64,000 nt of DNA from an uncultured Gemmatimonadales bacterium (GTDB taxonomy: Bacteria > Gemmatimonadota > Gemmatimonadetes > Longimicrobiales > RSA9): assembly GCA_963798085.1 (NCBI GenBank), contig CAWCRS010000005.1, positions 160,001 to 224,000 of the forward strand, in the 5' to 3' direction. This document shows, one piece after another, positions 48,200 to 59,411 of the stretch. The position numbers and the translations under genes are program-made. The notes below the pieces were generated by a model. It had not been told where the DNA came from, ran no database searches, and saw only the letters and a program-made list of their open reading frames with translations. How positions within the stretch are numbered: the first letter of the stretch is position 1; each line of letters begins with the position of its first letter.

Positions 48200-50524
48200 T
48201 CAGGAGTCGAGAACTTCGCGGACTTTACGGGCGAGCGACTCGGGCGTGTAGGGTTTCTGCAGGAAGGCGAGTCCGTGCTCGAGCACACCCAGTCGGAGAA
48301 TCGCTTCATCCGTGTAGCCTGATGTGTAGAGCACGCGCACGCCGGGCCGGAACGCCGTCAGCCGTTCGGCCAGCGCGCGGCCGCTCATCCCGGGCATGAT
48401 TACATCCGTGAGCAGAAGTTCAATGGGCTGTGTTTCCGCGGCGGCCATGGCCAGCGCCTGATCAGGATCGGCGGCTTCGAGCACCGCGTAACCGCGGCGC
48501 TCCAGTGCGCGGCGAGCGAGCGACCGGACCAGCTCGTCGTCCTCCACGAGCAACAGACGCTCGGATCCGCCCGGCGCCGTGAGCGGCGTCTGCTCCTGGG
48601 CAACGAACTCGGGAACACTCGCCGCAGGCAGGTAGACCCGGAACGTGGTGCCATGATTCTGCTCGCTATCCACGGCCACGAACCCCTCGCTCTGCTTCAC
48701 AATGCCGTACACGGTGGCGAGCCCCAGGCCGGTGCCCTTGCCGGGGTCCTTCGTGGTGAAGAACGGTTCGAAGATATTCGCCTTCACTTCATCGCTCATG
48801 CCCGTGCCCGTATCACTGATCGCGAGCAGCACCCAGCGCCCGCCGGCCAGCGTCGCGTTCTCACCCACTTCGCGCTCGTGCAGATCGAGCGTGCGGGTCT
48901 CGATGGTAATGGTGCCGCCATCGGGCATGGCGTCGCGTGAGTTGACCGCCAGGTTGAGGATCACCTGCTCGATCTGACCCGGATCGGCGCGCACCGGCGC
49001 CGTGTCCTGCGCGCAGCGGGTCACCAGCTGTACATCTTCGCCGATCAGTCGGCGCAGCATGCGCTCCGTGCTGTGCACGAGATCGGGCAGATTGAGAATG
49101 CGGGGGGCCAGCATCTGCTGGCGGCTGAAGGCCAGCAGCTGGCGCGTCAGCTCCGCAGCACGCCGCGAGGCCTGTGCGATTTCACCCATCATGTCGTGGT
49201 GCTCGGTGCCCGCTGCGAATTGATCGCGCAATAACTCAATGTTACCGCTGATGACCGTGAGCAGGTTGTTGAAGTCGTGCGCCACGCCGCCGGCCAGCCT
49301 GCCCACCGCTTCCATCTTCTGCGCCTGGCGCAGCTGATTCTCCAGCTGGAGGTGCGCCGTCATGTCACGGCCGATGGCGACGAACAGCTCTTCTCCGCCC
49401 AGGCTCACCGCACTGCTGCTGAAATCGACGACGACGCTGCTGCCATCGCCGCGCCGCAATTCCGTGCGGCGCGGACCGCCCCCGCTGTGCCGCGCCAACT
49501 GGTGCATGTGCCCCGTGGCTTCGGCGGCGGTCTCCCGAATCGAGAACTCGCTGATGTGATGGCCGATGATGTCTTCACGCGCGACGCCCAGCAACTCGCA
49601 CATGCGCGGGTTCACGTCCTGCACGATGCCCTCGGCATTCACGATGTTGATGCCGTCGCTGGCGTGATCCATGAGGATGCGCCAGCGCGCTTCGCGCTCC
49701 AGCAGCTGCTCCTGTGTCCGGCGTCGCGTGGTGATGTCGATGATCGACGCGAGCACGTGGGGCGCGTCGTCGAGCTGCAGCGGATTGAGGCCGATTTCCA
49801 CCGGGAACTCGTGGCCATCCGCGTGCAGCGCGATCAGCTCGCGGCCCGCGCCCATCTGACGGGAGCCCGGATGAAAGAAGAACGCGGCAGTCAGGACGTT
49901 GTGGCGTTCGCGGTAGCGCTGAGGCACGAGCATGTCCAGCGGCTGGCCGATGAGATCCCCTTCGGCATACCCGAACATGCCGGCCAGCACGCGGTTGCAG
50001 AGCGTGATGCGCGCGTCGGCGTCAATCATCACCATGCCACTGGGCGAGGCGTTGACGGCGGCGCGGAACAGCTGCTCATCACGGTGCCGCTGCGTGTGAT
50101 CGCGCGTGACCGCGGCATACCCCGTCAACTCCCCTGCTTCATTGCCGATCGGTGTGATTACGACCTGTGCCCAGAAGCGCGTGCCGTCGCGCCGCATGCG
50201 CCAGCCTTCCTCCGCCAGAGTGCCGGCCTTCGCCGCAGTGCGCAGCAGCCGGTCTCCGGGCCGGCCCGCCGCGTCCGCATCCGAAAGGACCAGAGAGTAG
50301 GGTCGGCCCACGATCTCCCCTGACGGATAGCCGAACATGCGCTCCGCGCCCGGATTCCACGTGGAGACGAAACCCTGCAGATCGATCAGGAAAATGGCGT
50401 CGTCACGGATGGACTCGATGAGAATGCGATACAATTCGGCGGGCGTGCCCGCGGCACGGCCCGTCCGGTTGGATTGACCCGTGGAGTCCCGTGCGCGTTC
50501 GTCGGGCTGACTCGAAGCTGTCAT
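48200..50524 (-). CDS. hybrid sensor kinase with three PAS domains
   Basis: [55 protein letters not shown]. Confidence 0.92.
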   Translation of the reverse strand: MTASSQPDERARDSTGQSNRTGRAAGTPAELYRILIESIRDDAIFLIDLQGFVSTWNPGAERMFGYPSGEIVGRPYSLVLSDADAAGRPGDRLLRTAAKAGTLAEEGWRMRRDGTRFWAQVVITPIGNEAGELTGYAAVTRDHTQRHRDEQLFRAAVNASPSGMVMIDADARITLCNRVLAGMFGYAEGDLIGQPLDMLVPQRYRERHNVLTAAFFFHPGSRQMGAGRELIALHADGHEFPVEIGLNPLQLDDAPHVLASIIDITTRRRTQEQLLEREARWRILMDHASDGINIVNAEGIVQDVNPRMCELLGVAREDIIGHHISEFSIRETAAEATGHMHQLARHSGGGPRRTELRRGDGSSVVVDFSSSAVSLGGEELFVAIGRDMTAHLQLENQLRQAQKMEAVGRLAGGVAHDFNNLLTVISGNIELLRDQFAAGTEHHDMMGEIAQASRRAAELTRQLLAFSRQQMLAPRILNLPDLVHSTERMLRRLIGEDVQLVTRCAQDTAPVRADPGQIEQVILNLAVNSRDAMPDGGTITIETRTLDLHEREVGENATLAGGRWVLLAISDTGTGMSDEVKANIFEPFFTTKDPGKGTGLGLATVYGIVKQSEGFVAVDSEQNHGTTFRVYLPAASVPEFVAQEQTPLTAPGGSERLLLVEDDELVRSLARRALERRGYAVLEAADPDQALAMAAAETQPIELLLTDVIMPGMSGRALAERLTAFRPGVRVLYTSGYTDEAILRLGVLEHGLAFLQKPYTPESLARKVREVLDS

Positions 50525-50776
50525 GGCGCCGTCACTCCGGGGGCGTGTCCGGCTATTCTGCACTCGCTTGTCAGGATTGGAAGATTGGCGCGTGCGGAAA
50601 TGGTATCGTCCGCGGTTGGCGCGGGAATAGCGGGAAATAACAGCGTGTGATGTGCGGAAATGCCTTACCTGCACACCCGGGGAAACCCCTATCTTCGCAT
50701 GCACGATGCCTGTGCATGGCCATTCCGCAGCGCCCACGCGGCGCGATGGGTCACGGAATGCAGGGAAAACCCGGCA

Positions 50777-53464
50777 TCATTCGGCGCGCATCACTCGCAT
50801 GGGGTCGACGGTGGCGGCGCGGCGAGCCGGCAACCAGCTGGCGAGCACAGTAACACCAGTGAGCACGAGAGCCGTGAGCAGCAGTGCGCGTGGGTCGGTG
50901 GGGCTCACGCCGTAGAGCATGCCACGCAGCAGGCGAGTCCCGGCCACGGCAAGGACCAGCCCGAGCGCGAGCCCGATGAGCACGAGACGGAGGCCTCGCC
51001 CGACGACCATGCCTACCACCGAGCTCTGGTGCGCGCCGAGCGCGCGGCGGATGCCGATCTCGCGCTGACTCTGCGCCACGCCGTACGCCACCACTCCGTA
51101 AAGACCGGCCGCGGTGAGCAGCAATGCGAGAAGACCCAGCGTCGTCGAACCAATGGCACCGCCCTGTACGGCGGAGTACGCCTGTTCGGTCTCCTCGTCG
51201 AGCGTCTTCAGCCCCATGACGGCGAGGGTGGGATCGATGCGGGCGAGCACGCGGCGCACACCGGGCGCCAGCAGGCGTGCATCGCCGGCGGTGCGCAGCA
51301 GCACCGAGTACTGCGTGCCCTGAATCTGGCGGGCGCTCAGTGCCAGCACCGGTTGCGGCGACTCGCTCAGGGTCATGATGTGCGTGTCGCGCACGACGCC
51401 CACGATCTCGGCGGTGCCCATGCCCGTCTCGATGCGCCGGCCCATGGGCGAGGCGCCGGGCCAGAGGCGACGGGCGAGCGTCTGGTTGATGACGGCGACG
51501 AACGGCGAGTGCGGCGTGTCACTAACCATGAATTCGCGGCCCTCGAGCACGGGCACGCCGAGCGTCTCGAACCAGCCCGGCTCCACGCTCTGGAACAGTA
51601 CCGATGGGCGGTCCTGATCCGTGGCTGCCACCCCTTCGGCCGCAACGCGGAGACTGGACGTACTGCCATCCATGGGTATGTGGTTCGCGCGCGAGACGCG
51701 CGTCACACCCGGCAGTGCGCGCAGATCGCGGAGCAGGCGATCATAGAAGACGTGCACCTGCGCATCGCTGTAACCCTGCAGCGCAGGATCGAGCGTCACG
51801 ATCAGGCCGTGCGCGCGCGGAAAACCCACGTCGATCTGGCGCGCGTGCGCCAGGCTGCGCAGAAACAGACTGGCCGACACCAGCACGATCATGGAGACCG
51901 TCACCTGCGCCACGACCAGCGCGCTCAGCAGGCGGGAACGCTGGCGTGCCCCGCCACTCGCCGCGCGCAGTGTGGCCGCCGCGTCGTTGTCGGCCTCGCG
52001 CCATGCGGGCAGCGCGCCAGCCAGCAGACCGGCACAGGCCGACGCCAGCACCGTGTAGACGACGACGCGCCAGTCGAGCGTGATCTGGAAGGCGCTGGCG
52101 AAATCGAGCGGCGGCTGCAGGCGATTGAGCAACCGGATGAAGGGGCCCGCCAGCAGCACCCCCAGCGCGCCGCCGGCCATGGACAGCAGCGCGCTTTCCA
52201 TGACGGCGTGGCGCATTACCCGCCAGCGACTGGCGCCCAGTGACAACCGCACCGCCATTTCGCGCCGCCTCGCCGTGCCGCGCGCTAACAGCAGGTTGGC
52301 CACATTGGTGCAGGCAATGAGCAGGATCAGCCCGGCGCCCAGGAGCGCCACCAGACCCGCGCTGCGCAGCTCGCCGCCCTGCCAGGCCCAGGGGTTGATG
52401 GGCTGCCCGTTGGGAAAGAGCGTGACCGCCCGCCCCCCGTGCGAGGCGGGGAATGTTCCGCCCAGACTGTGCGCCACGGCGTCGCCCGCGGCTTTCGCCT
52501 GGGCCAGGCTGACGCCCGGCTGCAGACGCGCGACCAGTTGCAGCCAGAACGTGTTGCGCGCCGCGAGCAGGCCATCACTGCCCGGGAAGACCCATGGGGC
52601 CGCGTGTGTCGTCACCCACAACTCCGGTGCATACGCGAACTGACGCGTACCGCTGAAGCCGCGCGCGGCCACACCCACGATCGTGAACGGATGCCCGTTC
52701 AGGCGCACCGACCGGCCCAGGACGGCGCGGTCACTGCCGAACTGTCGCACCCAGAAGGCGTGGCTGAGCAGGACCGCCGTCTCGTCATCGGGGCCGAGCA
52801 GCCGGCCCAGCTGCGCGCGCGGACGCACCACGTCGAAGTAATCCGGTGTTATCACGTGCGTCCACGCCATGACCGCATCCTGACCCTGCGCGCTCAGGCT
52901 GACCGGTCCCTCGGAGAAGCCCGCCACACCGCGGAACACGCTCTTCGTGCCATCGCGATAGTCGATGTAGTCCGGGTAGGAGAAGTCCAGCAGATGCGCG
53001 TCCGTGCGGTCGCCGAAGACGGCAACGAGGCTGGCGGCATCGCGCACGGGCAGAGGCCGGAACGCCAGCGAATCCACCAGCGAGAACGTGCCCGCGTTCA
53101 TGATGATGCCCAGCACCAGAGTGCCTACGGCAATGAGCGTGAACGCCGGACTGCGGCGCAGCGTACGCAGCGCCAGCTTCACATCCTGCCCGATCGACCA
53201 GCCCATCCTGCCTCCTCGCCGGCGCCGGGCTGGTACTGTCGGGAGCGAACGCGCCCGCGCGTGCACGGCCCGACGCATGCGCTCCAGCGCGAAACGCAAC
53301 GCGAGTCCCGCCGCCTCGCGCCGATACCAGCGAACGGCCCCGCGCCGATCGCCACGGACGCGACGCGCGAACTCCTCCGCCATATCACCCAGCGCGGAGT
53401 TACCGGAAACCCCACGCGGCAATGCCGCGCGCAGCAGCCGCTCGCTCAGCACGGGCGGCTTCAC
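50777..53464 (-). CDS. ADOP-family duplicated MacB/FtsX-like ABC permease
   Basis: LGDMAEEF prefix, FSYPDY, LIACTNVANLLLAR, REIGIRRALGA, WLPARRAATVDPM. Confidence 0.9.
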   Translation of the reverse strand: MKPPVLSERLLRAALPRGVSGNSALGDMAEEFARRVRGDRRGAVRWYRREAAGLALRFALERMRRAVHARARSLPTVPARRRRGGRMGWSIGQDVKLALRTLRRSPAFTLIAVGTLVLGIIMNAGTFSLVDSLAFRPLPVRDAASLVAVFGDRTDAHLLDFSYPDYIDYRDGTKSVFRGVAGFSEGPVSLSAQGQDAVMAWTHVITPDYFDVVRPRAQLGRLLGPDDETAVLLSHAFWVRQFGSDRAVLGRSVRLNGHPFTIVGVAARGFSGTRQFAYAPELWVTTHAAPWVFPGSDGLLAARNTFWLQLVARLQPGVSLAQAKAAGDAVAHSLGGTFPASHGGRAVTLFPNGQPINPWAWQGGELRSAGLVALLGAGLILLIACTNVANLLLARGTARRREMAVRLSLGASRWRVMRHAVMESALLSMAGGALGVLLAGPFIRLLNRLQPPLDFASAFQITLDWRVVVYTVLASACAGLLAGALPAWREADNDAAATLRAASGGARQRSRLLSALVVAQVTVSMIVLVSASLFLRSLAHARQIDVGFPRAHGLIVTLDPALQGYSDAQVHVFYDRLLRDLRALPGVTRVSRANHIPMDGSTSSLRVAAEGVAATDQDRPSVLFQSVEPGWFETLGVPVLEGREFMVSDTPHSPFVAVINQTLARRLWPGASPMGRRIETGMGTAEIVGVVRDTHIMTLSESPQPVLALSARQIQGTQYSVLLRTAGDARLLAPGVRRVLARIDPTLAVMGLKTLDEETEQAYSAVQGGAIGSTTLGLLALLLTAAGLYGVVAYGVAQSQREIGIRRALGAHQSSVVGMVVGRGLRLVLIGLALGLVLAVAGTRLLRGMLYGVSPTDPRALLLTALVLTGVTVLASWLPARRAATVDPMRVMRAE

Positions 53465-53474
53465 GATCTGTGGC

Positions 53475-53807
53475 TCAGGCGCGTCCAAGCCGCTGCTCCA
53501 CGCCATCCCAGAGACTCATCAACGCATCGCGTGAATCGCGCAGCGCGGCCAGTCCCGCATGACTGAGCTGCAGGCGACGACGCGGCCTCCCGCCCCGTTC
53601 CGGTGGCCCCGGCTCTGCCGTCGACTGCAGCATTCCCTTCTCTTCCAGCCGGTCCAGCGTGATGTACACGGCGCCGCGACTCGCCTCGCGCCCCGTGCGC
53701 GCAGCGATTTCCTCCAGCACGGCGGGCGGAAAGGCATCGTCGCCGAGTCGCAGCACGGCGAGGAGCACGAGGTGCTCGAACTCGCCGAGGAATGATCGCG
53801 TGGGCAT
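53475..53807 (-). CDS. PadR-family transcriptional regulator
   Basis: LGEFEHLVLLAVLRL, GAVYITLDRLEEKG, PERGGRPRR. Confidence 0.92.
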   Translation of the reverse strand: MPTRSFLGEFEHLVLLAVLRLGDDAFPPAVLEEIAARTGREASRGAVYITLDRLEEKGMLQSTAEPGPPERGGRPRRRLQLSHAGLAALRDSRDALMSLWDGVEQRLGRA

Positions 53808-53810
53808 GCC

Positions 53811-53822
53811 TACATAATTGTA
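53811..53822. promoter_or_regulatory. candidate PadR autoregulatory operator overlapping a minus-strand -10 box
   Basis: palindrome TACA-TAAT-TGTA 3 nt upstream of the ATG; TACAAT on the minus strand. Confidence 0.5.
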
Positions 53823-54242
53823 CATGCTCGCGGCGGGCGCAAGAGGTGGGCCGGCGATCCGGCTCGCGCGCGACGGTTCCGGGCGAGGGACAGGGATGGG
53901 GGTCGGGTTGAGGGGTCAGGCGCGGGCAAGGGCACCCGTTGGCGGGCGAGGCGGAGGGGCACGAACTCCGCTTCCCTGCTCCTCCGCTCAAGCCTAACAA
54001 CGACTTTCGCGAAACCGCTGTCAACCCGGTGTGGGGCGTATTGTCTCAGTTCTTCAGCCATGGCAATGCAAAGTTGCGACGCAACGGAACGACTACGGAG
54101 GCGGTCGCCGGCTGCCTACATCTTTGCGCTTCCGCCCTACACTCCGCTGGCAGCGCCGCCACCATCTGTTGCACGGCATCCCGCGCATGCCGCGGCGGGG
54201 CGGCAGCGAGGGCTGGAAGAGTCCGTCACATGGAGGTGACCT

Positions 54243-55646
54243 GTGAGAAGGATATGGGGGTTTGCGGGCGCGCTGGTTCTGCTAACGGCCTGTTCGGATC
54301 CGACGGTCATGGCGCCGGTGCGCATGGCGGTTGCGCCGGCTGTCGTTCCGCCGGTCGTGACCCTGCGCTCGCTCGGTACACTGGCGACGTGGGGGTGGTC
54401 GTGGGCGTGGGACATCAATGATGCGGGCGAGGTCGTCGGGTGGAGCGACACCGAGGACGGGTGGTCGGGCGCGTTCCTCTGGCGCGATGGGGTGATGACC
54501 AATCTCGGTACGCTCGGAGGCTCGTCTGCCGTGGCACAGGCCATCAACAATTCCGGTCAGGTCGTCGGGCAGAGCATGACGACCGAACTCGAGCGCGCGT
54601 TTCTCTGGCAGAACGGAGTTTTGACCGACCTGGGCACTTTTGGCGGCCCGGTCAGCGATGCCCTCGGCATCAACAATGCCGGGCTGATCGCCGGTTCGAG
54701 CATAATCCTGCCTGACTTCAAATCTCCCACGCACGCCATGCTATGGCAGAACGGAGTCATGACCGATCTCGGCACGCTGGGTGGGCCGAACAGCGTGGCA
54801 ACAGACATCAACGCAGCCGGAGACGTAGTCGGAGAAGCCGACATCGCATTTCACGTTGCTCATGCCTTTCTCTGGCGTCACGGCACAATGATCGACCTGG
54901 GCACATTGGGCGGCGCGTACGGCTATGCGAGCCAGGCGTTCGGGATCAACAGCGCCGGCGACATTGTGGGCGAGAGCTACGCCGATCACTACCACGGCAG
55001 CCGCGCCTTCCTGTGGCGCAACGGTGTGATGACCGATCTCGGCACACTTGGCGGCAGCGGTGGCGGCGCGTACGACATCAACGACGCTGGCGATATCGTC
55101 GGCTACAGCGGCACAGCCTATGGGGAAGCGCACGCGTTCCTGTGGCGCAAGGGCGTGATGATCGACCTGGGTACGCCGGGCGAGTACGACAGCGAGGCAA
55201 AGGCCATCAACAACCTGGGGGTGATCGCCGGCATGAGCCGGTCGGTTGTGGACGGGACGCGCGCGGTGATCTGGACGGTCGACCTCGCTGCGACGCAAGT
55301 CGCCATCAATGTGCGGCCGGACGACCCGAACAACGTGATCCCGTGCACGGATCCGGGCTTCACGATTCGCGTGGCGATCCTGACGAACGACCGCTTCAAT
55401 GCCGCGACGGTGGATGCGAACAGTGTGCGCGTCGCCGGCGCATCCGAGATCCGGCGGCGTGATGACGGCGGCGCCGTGCAGCAGCTGACCGATGTCGATG
55501 GCGACCGTGATCTCGACATGCTGATCCAGGTGCGCCTGGGCGATACGCAGCTGACCTGTGCCTCGACGCAGGCCGACATTCAGGCGAACACGCGGAGCGG
55601 GCAGCGCATCGTGGGGCAGGACCGCGTGCTGATGGTGAATCGCTGA
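54243..55646 (+). CDS. lipoprotein with HAF-family extracellular repeats and a C-terminal uncharacterised domain
   Basis: GGAGG RBS, lipobox LTAC, about 7 repeats of DIN..G.VVG.S...HAFLW..G.MTDLGTLGG. Confidence 0.9.
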   Translation: MRRIWGFAGALVLLTACSDPTVMAPVRMAVAPAVVPPVVTLRSLGTLATWGWSWAWDINDAGEVVGWSDTEDGWSGAFLWRDGVMTNLGTLGGSSAVAQAINNSGQVVGQSMTTELERAFLWQNGVLTDLGTFGGPVSDALGINNAGLIAGSSIILPDFKSPTHAMLWQNGVMTDLGTLGGPNSVATDINAAGDVVGEADIAFHVAHAFLWRHGTMIDLGTLGGAYGYASQAFGINSAGDIVGESYADHYHGSRAFLWRNGVMTDLGTLGGSGGGAYDINDAGDIVGYSGTAYGEAHAFLWRKGVMIDLGTPGEYDSEAKAINNLGVIAGMSRSVVDGTRAVIWTVDLAATQVAINVRPDDPNNVIPCTDPGFTIRVAILTNDRFNAATVDANSVRVAGASEIRRRDDGGAVQQLTDVDGDRDLDMLIQVRLGDTQLTCASTQADIQANTRSGQRIVGQDRVLMVNR

Positions 55647-55959
55647 TGCACCAGCGTCGACGCGTGCCGTGTACCTCCGCAACGCGGCATGGGCGCTTGG
55701 AGCGCAGGTCCGCGGTAACAGGAGCACGGGTACGTTGAACGCTCCGGCTTCTGGAAGACGAGCGACGCCGGTGGACAGGCCGGCGTCGCTCGAATATGGT
55801 GGCACTGCAGGATCGACTCGGCCCGCGCAGGCAGCGCTCGCTCCCAGCGGGCTTGTGGCGCTCTGACGGAATCGCTTTCTCTACAGCGCGCGCACGCGCG
55901 TAACGCCGGCCACGTCCGGGAACGCGCGCCTTACAACTTCCATTTCCGGCTGGATTACC

Positions 55960-56760
55960 ATGAATGCACGCATGGCGGTTGCGCTGCGCGGGCTCGGGCG
56001 GCGCGTACGGCAGGGCGCCCTTATCGCCGTGTCAGGCCTGGTGGCCGGCAGTGCCAGCGGCCAGGGGATGCAGGCGACGCCGCCATCCACGGTCCTGCGC
56101 GTGGATTCCCTTGCCCGGCTGACCCCGGAAAAAGTGGTGGCCGACGTGGGGACGTACCGCGGCCGGCGCGCGCTGCACGTGGTACAGGCGAATGGTCCTG
56201 CAACAGGCGATTATCAGGCGCCGAACGAATCCATGGTGCTGGTTTCCGGCTCGTCGTTCACGAATGGCACGATCGAAACCGCTGTCGCGGGCGCACCGCG
56301 CGCGGGTGGCGACACGACCGTGGCGCGGGGATTCGTGGGCATCGCATTCCACGTGCAGCCGGGCGCCAGCGAATTCGAGTGCTTCTACCTGCGCCCGACC
56401 AATGGCCGCGCGGACGACCAGCTGCGCCGCAACCATGCCACACAGTACATTCCGTATCCCGGGTACACGTGGCAGCGATTGCGGCAGGAGACGCCCGGCG
56501 TGTACGAGTCGTACGCCGACCTCGAGCCGGGCGCGTGGACGAAAGTACGCATTGAAGTCGCGGGCTCGAAGGCGAAGCTCTTCGTGGGCGATGCGAAGCA
56601 GCCGACGCTGGTGGTGAACGACCTCAAGCACGGCGAGCGCGGCGGCATGATCGCGTTGTGGGTGGGACTGGACACCGAGGCGTGGTTCACCGATGTGACG
56701 CTGCGGGCGGCAGCGTCTGACGGCGCCGCCCGCAGCAGCCACGACGCTGCGCGACACTGA
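55960..56760 (+). CDS. secreted beta-sandwich protein (DUF1080-like)
   Basis: signal peptide, FTNGTIE, RGFVGIAF, FYLRPTNGR, PTLVVNDLK. Confidence 0.65.
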   Translation: MNARMAVALRGLGRRVRQGALIAVSGLVAGSASGQGMQATPPSTVLRVDSLARLTPEKVVADVGTYRGRRALHVVQANGPATGDYQAPNESMVLVSGSSFTNGTIETAVAGAPRAGGDTTVARGFVGIAFHVQPGASEFECFYLRPTNGRADDQLRRNHATQYIPYPGYTWQRLRQETPGVYESYADLEPGAWTKVRIEVAGSKAKLFVGDAKQPTLVVNDLKHGERGGMIALWVGLDTEAWFTDVTLRAAASDGAARSSHDAARH

Positions 56761-56895
56761 ACGCGGCCTCAGGCGCCCAGCGATTGAGGTTCAGAAACAC
56801 GTCGCAGAGCGCGGCCGGCCGGCGGTTCGGGAACGCGGATCAACGGGGCCAGGGTTGGCCGGGGCGTGGGGACCGGGTTATGTTCCGTGCCTCGA

Positions 56896-56969
56896 CGGGA
56901 CGTAGCGCAGCCCGGTAGCGCACCTGAATGGGGTTCAGGGGGTCGCCGGTTCAAATCCGGCCGTCCCGA
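56896..56969 (+). tRNA. tRNA-Pro (GGG)
   Basis: cloverleaf, loop ATGGGGT. Confidence 0.95.
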
Positions 56970-56982
56970 TTGGTAATCCGCA

Positions 56983-57024
56983 CCGGCCCGACGCGCGTGA
57001 TCGCGGTCGGGCCGGCTTGTTTCT
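56983..57024 (+). terminator. probable terminator after tRNA-Pro
   Basis: CCGGCCCGAC / GTCGGGCCGG stem followed by CTTGTTTCT. Confidence 0.6.
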
Positions 57025-57101
57025 GCGCGGCGGAATTCCGCTTTCGTCGCGCCCACTGAGGCCTGGTCCCTGCACCCTGACGCGGCTGCTCGCCGCGCAT
57101 G

Positions 57102-57383
57102 TTAGGAGATCGGGAGGCTCTCCGGAATCATCAGGAAGGAGACGCCCGAGGCGTCGAGGCGCAGCCAGCCGGGTGTGCGCACCAGACGGAGCACCGGATT
57201 GTCGCAGGAGGGGCAGCGCAGGACGACACCCATCTCCTGACCGTACTCGAGGAGGGCGCCCACGGGCCTTGTCGTCCCGCAGCCCATGCAGGTGGCGAGC
57301 GCCATGGTCACGTCCTGCGCAAAGACCTGGCGCAAGGCTCCGCCAGCGGCGTTTCCGTCGAGCCGCATTTCCTCGGTCTGCAT
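57102..57383 (-). CDS. small Cys-motif protein (DUF6510-like)
   Basis: RLDGNAAGG, CxxC twice, WLRLDASG; AGGAGG RBS. Confidence 0.75.
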   Translation of the reverse strand: MQTEEMRLDGNAAGGALRQVFAQDVTMALATCMGCGTTRPVGALLEYGQEMGVVLRCPSCDNPVLRLVRTPGWLRLDASGVSFLMIPESLPIS

Positions 57384-57426
57384 GTCGCCTCCTGATGAAG
57401 CGTGATAACACGATGTTGCGCGAGCT

Positions 57427-58194
57427 TCAGGATGTCGGCCCGAAGCGTTCGGTGCGCACGCGAGCCGGATCGTGTCCGAGCTCGACGAGCAGCGTCGCCA
57501 CTGACTCGACGAGCGGCGTCGGCCCGCACACGAACGTGCGTGGCATCTGCGGCGGTGGCCAGCTCATTTCCTGCAGCATGGCGCGGTCGATGCGACGGCG
57601 CAGCCCGGTCCAGCCGGCCGGCGCCTCGCGTGTCAGCGTGAACACCACCTCGACGCCCGGTTGTTGCGCCAGCTGTTCCAGCTCCTCGCGGTAGATCACG
57701 TCGTCCAGCGAGCGTGCGGAGTAGAGCAGCCGGACCGGCACCTGCGCGCGTGCCGCAGCATCGGCGCGCGCGTGATGGCGCAGCATGGCCATGAGCGGTA
57801 CGATGCCGGAGCCGCCGGCCACGAGCAGCAACGGCCCTCCCTGCGCGACGGTCCACACGAAGTAGCCGCCGATCGGGCCGCGCACCTCGACGCCATCGCC
57901 GGGGCGCAGCACCTCGCACAGGTACGGCGACACTTCGCCATCGTCGAGTCGTTCCACGGTGAGGGACACCCGTGCATCCTCGGGCGGCGACGCAATCGAG
58001 TAGGAGCGCTGCGCCTGGTAGCCGTCCTCCGCGACGAGGCGTACGTCGACGTGCTGCCCGGCGCGGTGTCCCGGCCACTCGGGCACTTCGAGAACGATTG
58101 TGCAGGCGCGCGTCGTTTCCTCGCGCTGCTGCACGACCGTCGCGACACGCCAGACGAGCCGCGCCGGCGAGGCGACGGGCGCGTCAGGGATCAC
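57427..58194 (-). CDS. ferredoxin-NADP reductase-like FAD/NAD(P)-binding oxidoreductase
   Basis: AGQHVDV, RSYSIAS, GEVSPYL, RGPIGG, AGGSGIVP, FVCGP, ERFG. Confidence 0.92.
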   Translation of the reverse strand: MIPDAPVASPARLVWRVATVVQQREETTRACTIVLEVPEWPGHRAGQHVDVRLVAEDGYQAQRSYSIASPPEDARVSLTVERLDDGEVSPYLCEVLRPGDGVEVRGPIGGYFVWTVAQGGPLLLVAGGSGIVPLMAMLRHHARADAAARAQVPVRLLYSARSLDDVIYREELEQLAQQPGVEVVFTLTREAPAGWTGLRRRIDRAMLQEMSWPPPQMPRTFVCGPTPLVESVATLLVELGHDPARVRTERFGPTS

Positions 58195-58810
58195 CCTGAT
58201 ACCGCTGTTCGCGCCACGGATCGCCGCGGTCGTGATAGCCGAGCTGCTCCCAGAATCCGGGCTCATCGCTTTGCAGCAGCTGAAGACCGCGCACCCATTT
58301 CGCGCTCTTCCAGAAGTACAGGTGCGGCACGAGCAGGCGGGCCGGTCCGCCGTGCTCGGGCGCGAGCGGCTTGCCGTCGTACCCGAACGCTACCCATGCC
58401 TTGCCGCCGGTCACGTCGGCAGCCGGCAGGTTGGTGGTGTAGCCGCCATCGCTGAAGGCGACGACGAACTCGCCATCCGCCACACCTGCGGCTCGCGCCG
58501 CAGCGAGCAGTGTGTCGAGCGATACGCCCTCCCACTTCGTGTCGAACTTCGACCATTTCGTTACGCAATGGATGTCGACCGTGGGCGTTTCGTGCGGCAG
58601 CGCCATCATCTCGTCCCACGACCAGCGCAGCGAGCGGCCGGCGCGATCGCGGATCGTGAAATCCCATGCAGCCAGCGGTGTGCGCGGCGTCGGACCGGCC
58701 GAGAGGACCGGGAAGTCCCGCGTCTCGTACTGACCGGGCGGCAGCCGACCGGGCGGCGCGGTCGCCCGGCGACCGTGGAAGGCGCGGGCGATGAATGAGC
58801 CTTCAGCCAT
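58184..58810 (-). CDS. sulfite oxidase-like molybdopterin oxidoreductase
   Basis: RLPPGQ, DIHCVTKWS, YTTNLP, EHGGPARL, YFWKSAKW, GFWEQLGYH. Confidence 0.92.
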   Translation of the reverse strand: MAEGSFIARAFHGRRATAPPGRLPPGQYETRDFPVLSAGPTPRTPLAAWDFTIRDRAGRSLRWSWDEMMALPHETPTVDIHCVTKWSKFDTKWEGVSLDTLLAAARAAGVADGEFVVAFSDGGYTTNLPAADVTGGKAWVAFGYDGKPLAPEHGGPARLLVPHLYFWKSAKWVRGLQLLQSDEPGFWEQLGYHDRGDPWREQRYQGDP

Positions 58811-59023
58811 GATTCACGCTCCTGACGTCGTGGAGTCTGCAGTCTACGCCGCGCCGCCGCGTACGCAATGCCGATCCGCAGGGCACTCCCCATGTCACAA
58901 CTCAGGTCGCCTTACGTCTACCGGAAGTGACGTTCGCGCCATCGCGGAATCGTCCGCAGCCCGTGTCACACTGAACCGATATGGGAAGGGAATCGCCGAA
59001 CAAACGGGGAAGGAGGCGGGCCA

Positions 59024-59092
59024 ATGTCATTCTACTCGATCATGCTGTTCCTGCACGTCACCGGTGCACTCGCTCGCTCAAGGAAATGCTGA
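59024..59092 (+). pseudogene. short ORF MSFYSIMLFLHVTGALARSRKC, probable N-terminal remnant of a membrane protein
   Basis: strong AGGAGG RBS and LFLHV TM-start motif, then early stop. Confidence 0.4.
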
Positions 59093-59411
59093 ACCTGGGG
59101 CTGATCCGGGACACGGCGGCGTCACTGGATCCGAGCCGGCGGCTCGCCTCGCCGGCGGGGCTACGCCCCAGCTGAAGGTGCGGCGGAGCGCGCCAGGGTG
59201 CGCATCCTGCCTCCTCTCCGGGGCGGGCATTGCAAGTCGACGATTTTCGTCCGGTCCCGGCGCAGCTGCCACCTGCCGGGCCGGATCCTGACACCATGTT
59301 ATCAGGCCTGCGCCACTCCGGCCCTGGCCCGCCACGCGTTGCGGGCCACCTGGCGGCTCGATAAACTGGCACACCCCGGGTCGGATTCCGCGTCAAACGT
59401 CAAGGTGTGCC

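Noticed and set aside
54061..54077. sigma54 promoter TGGCA...TTGC
   Set aside because: Spacing between the GG and GC elements is 2 nt too long
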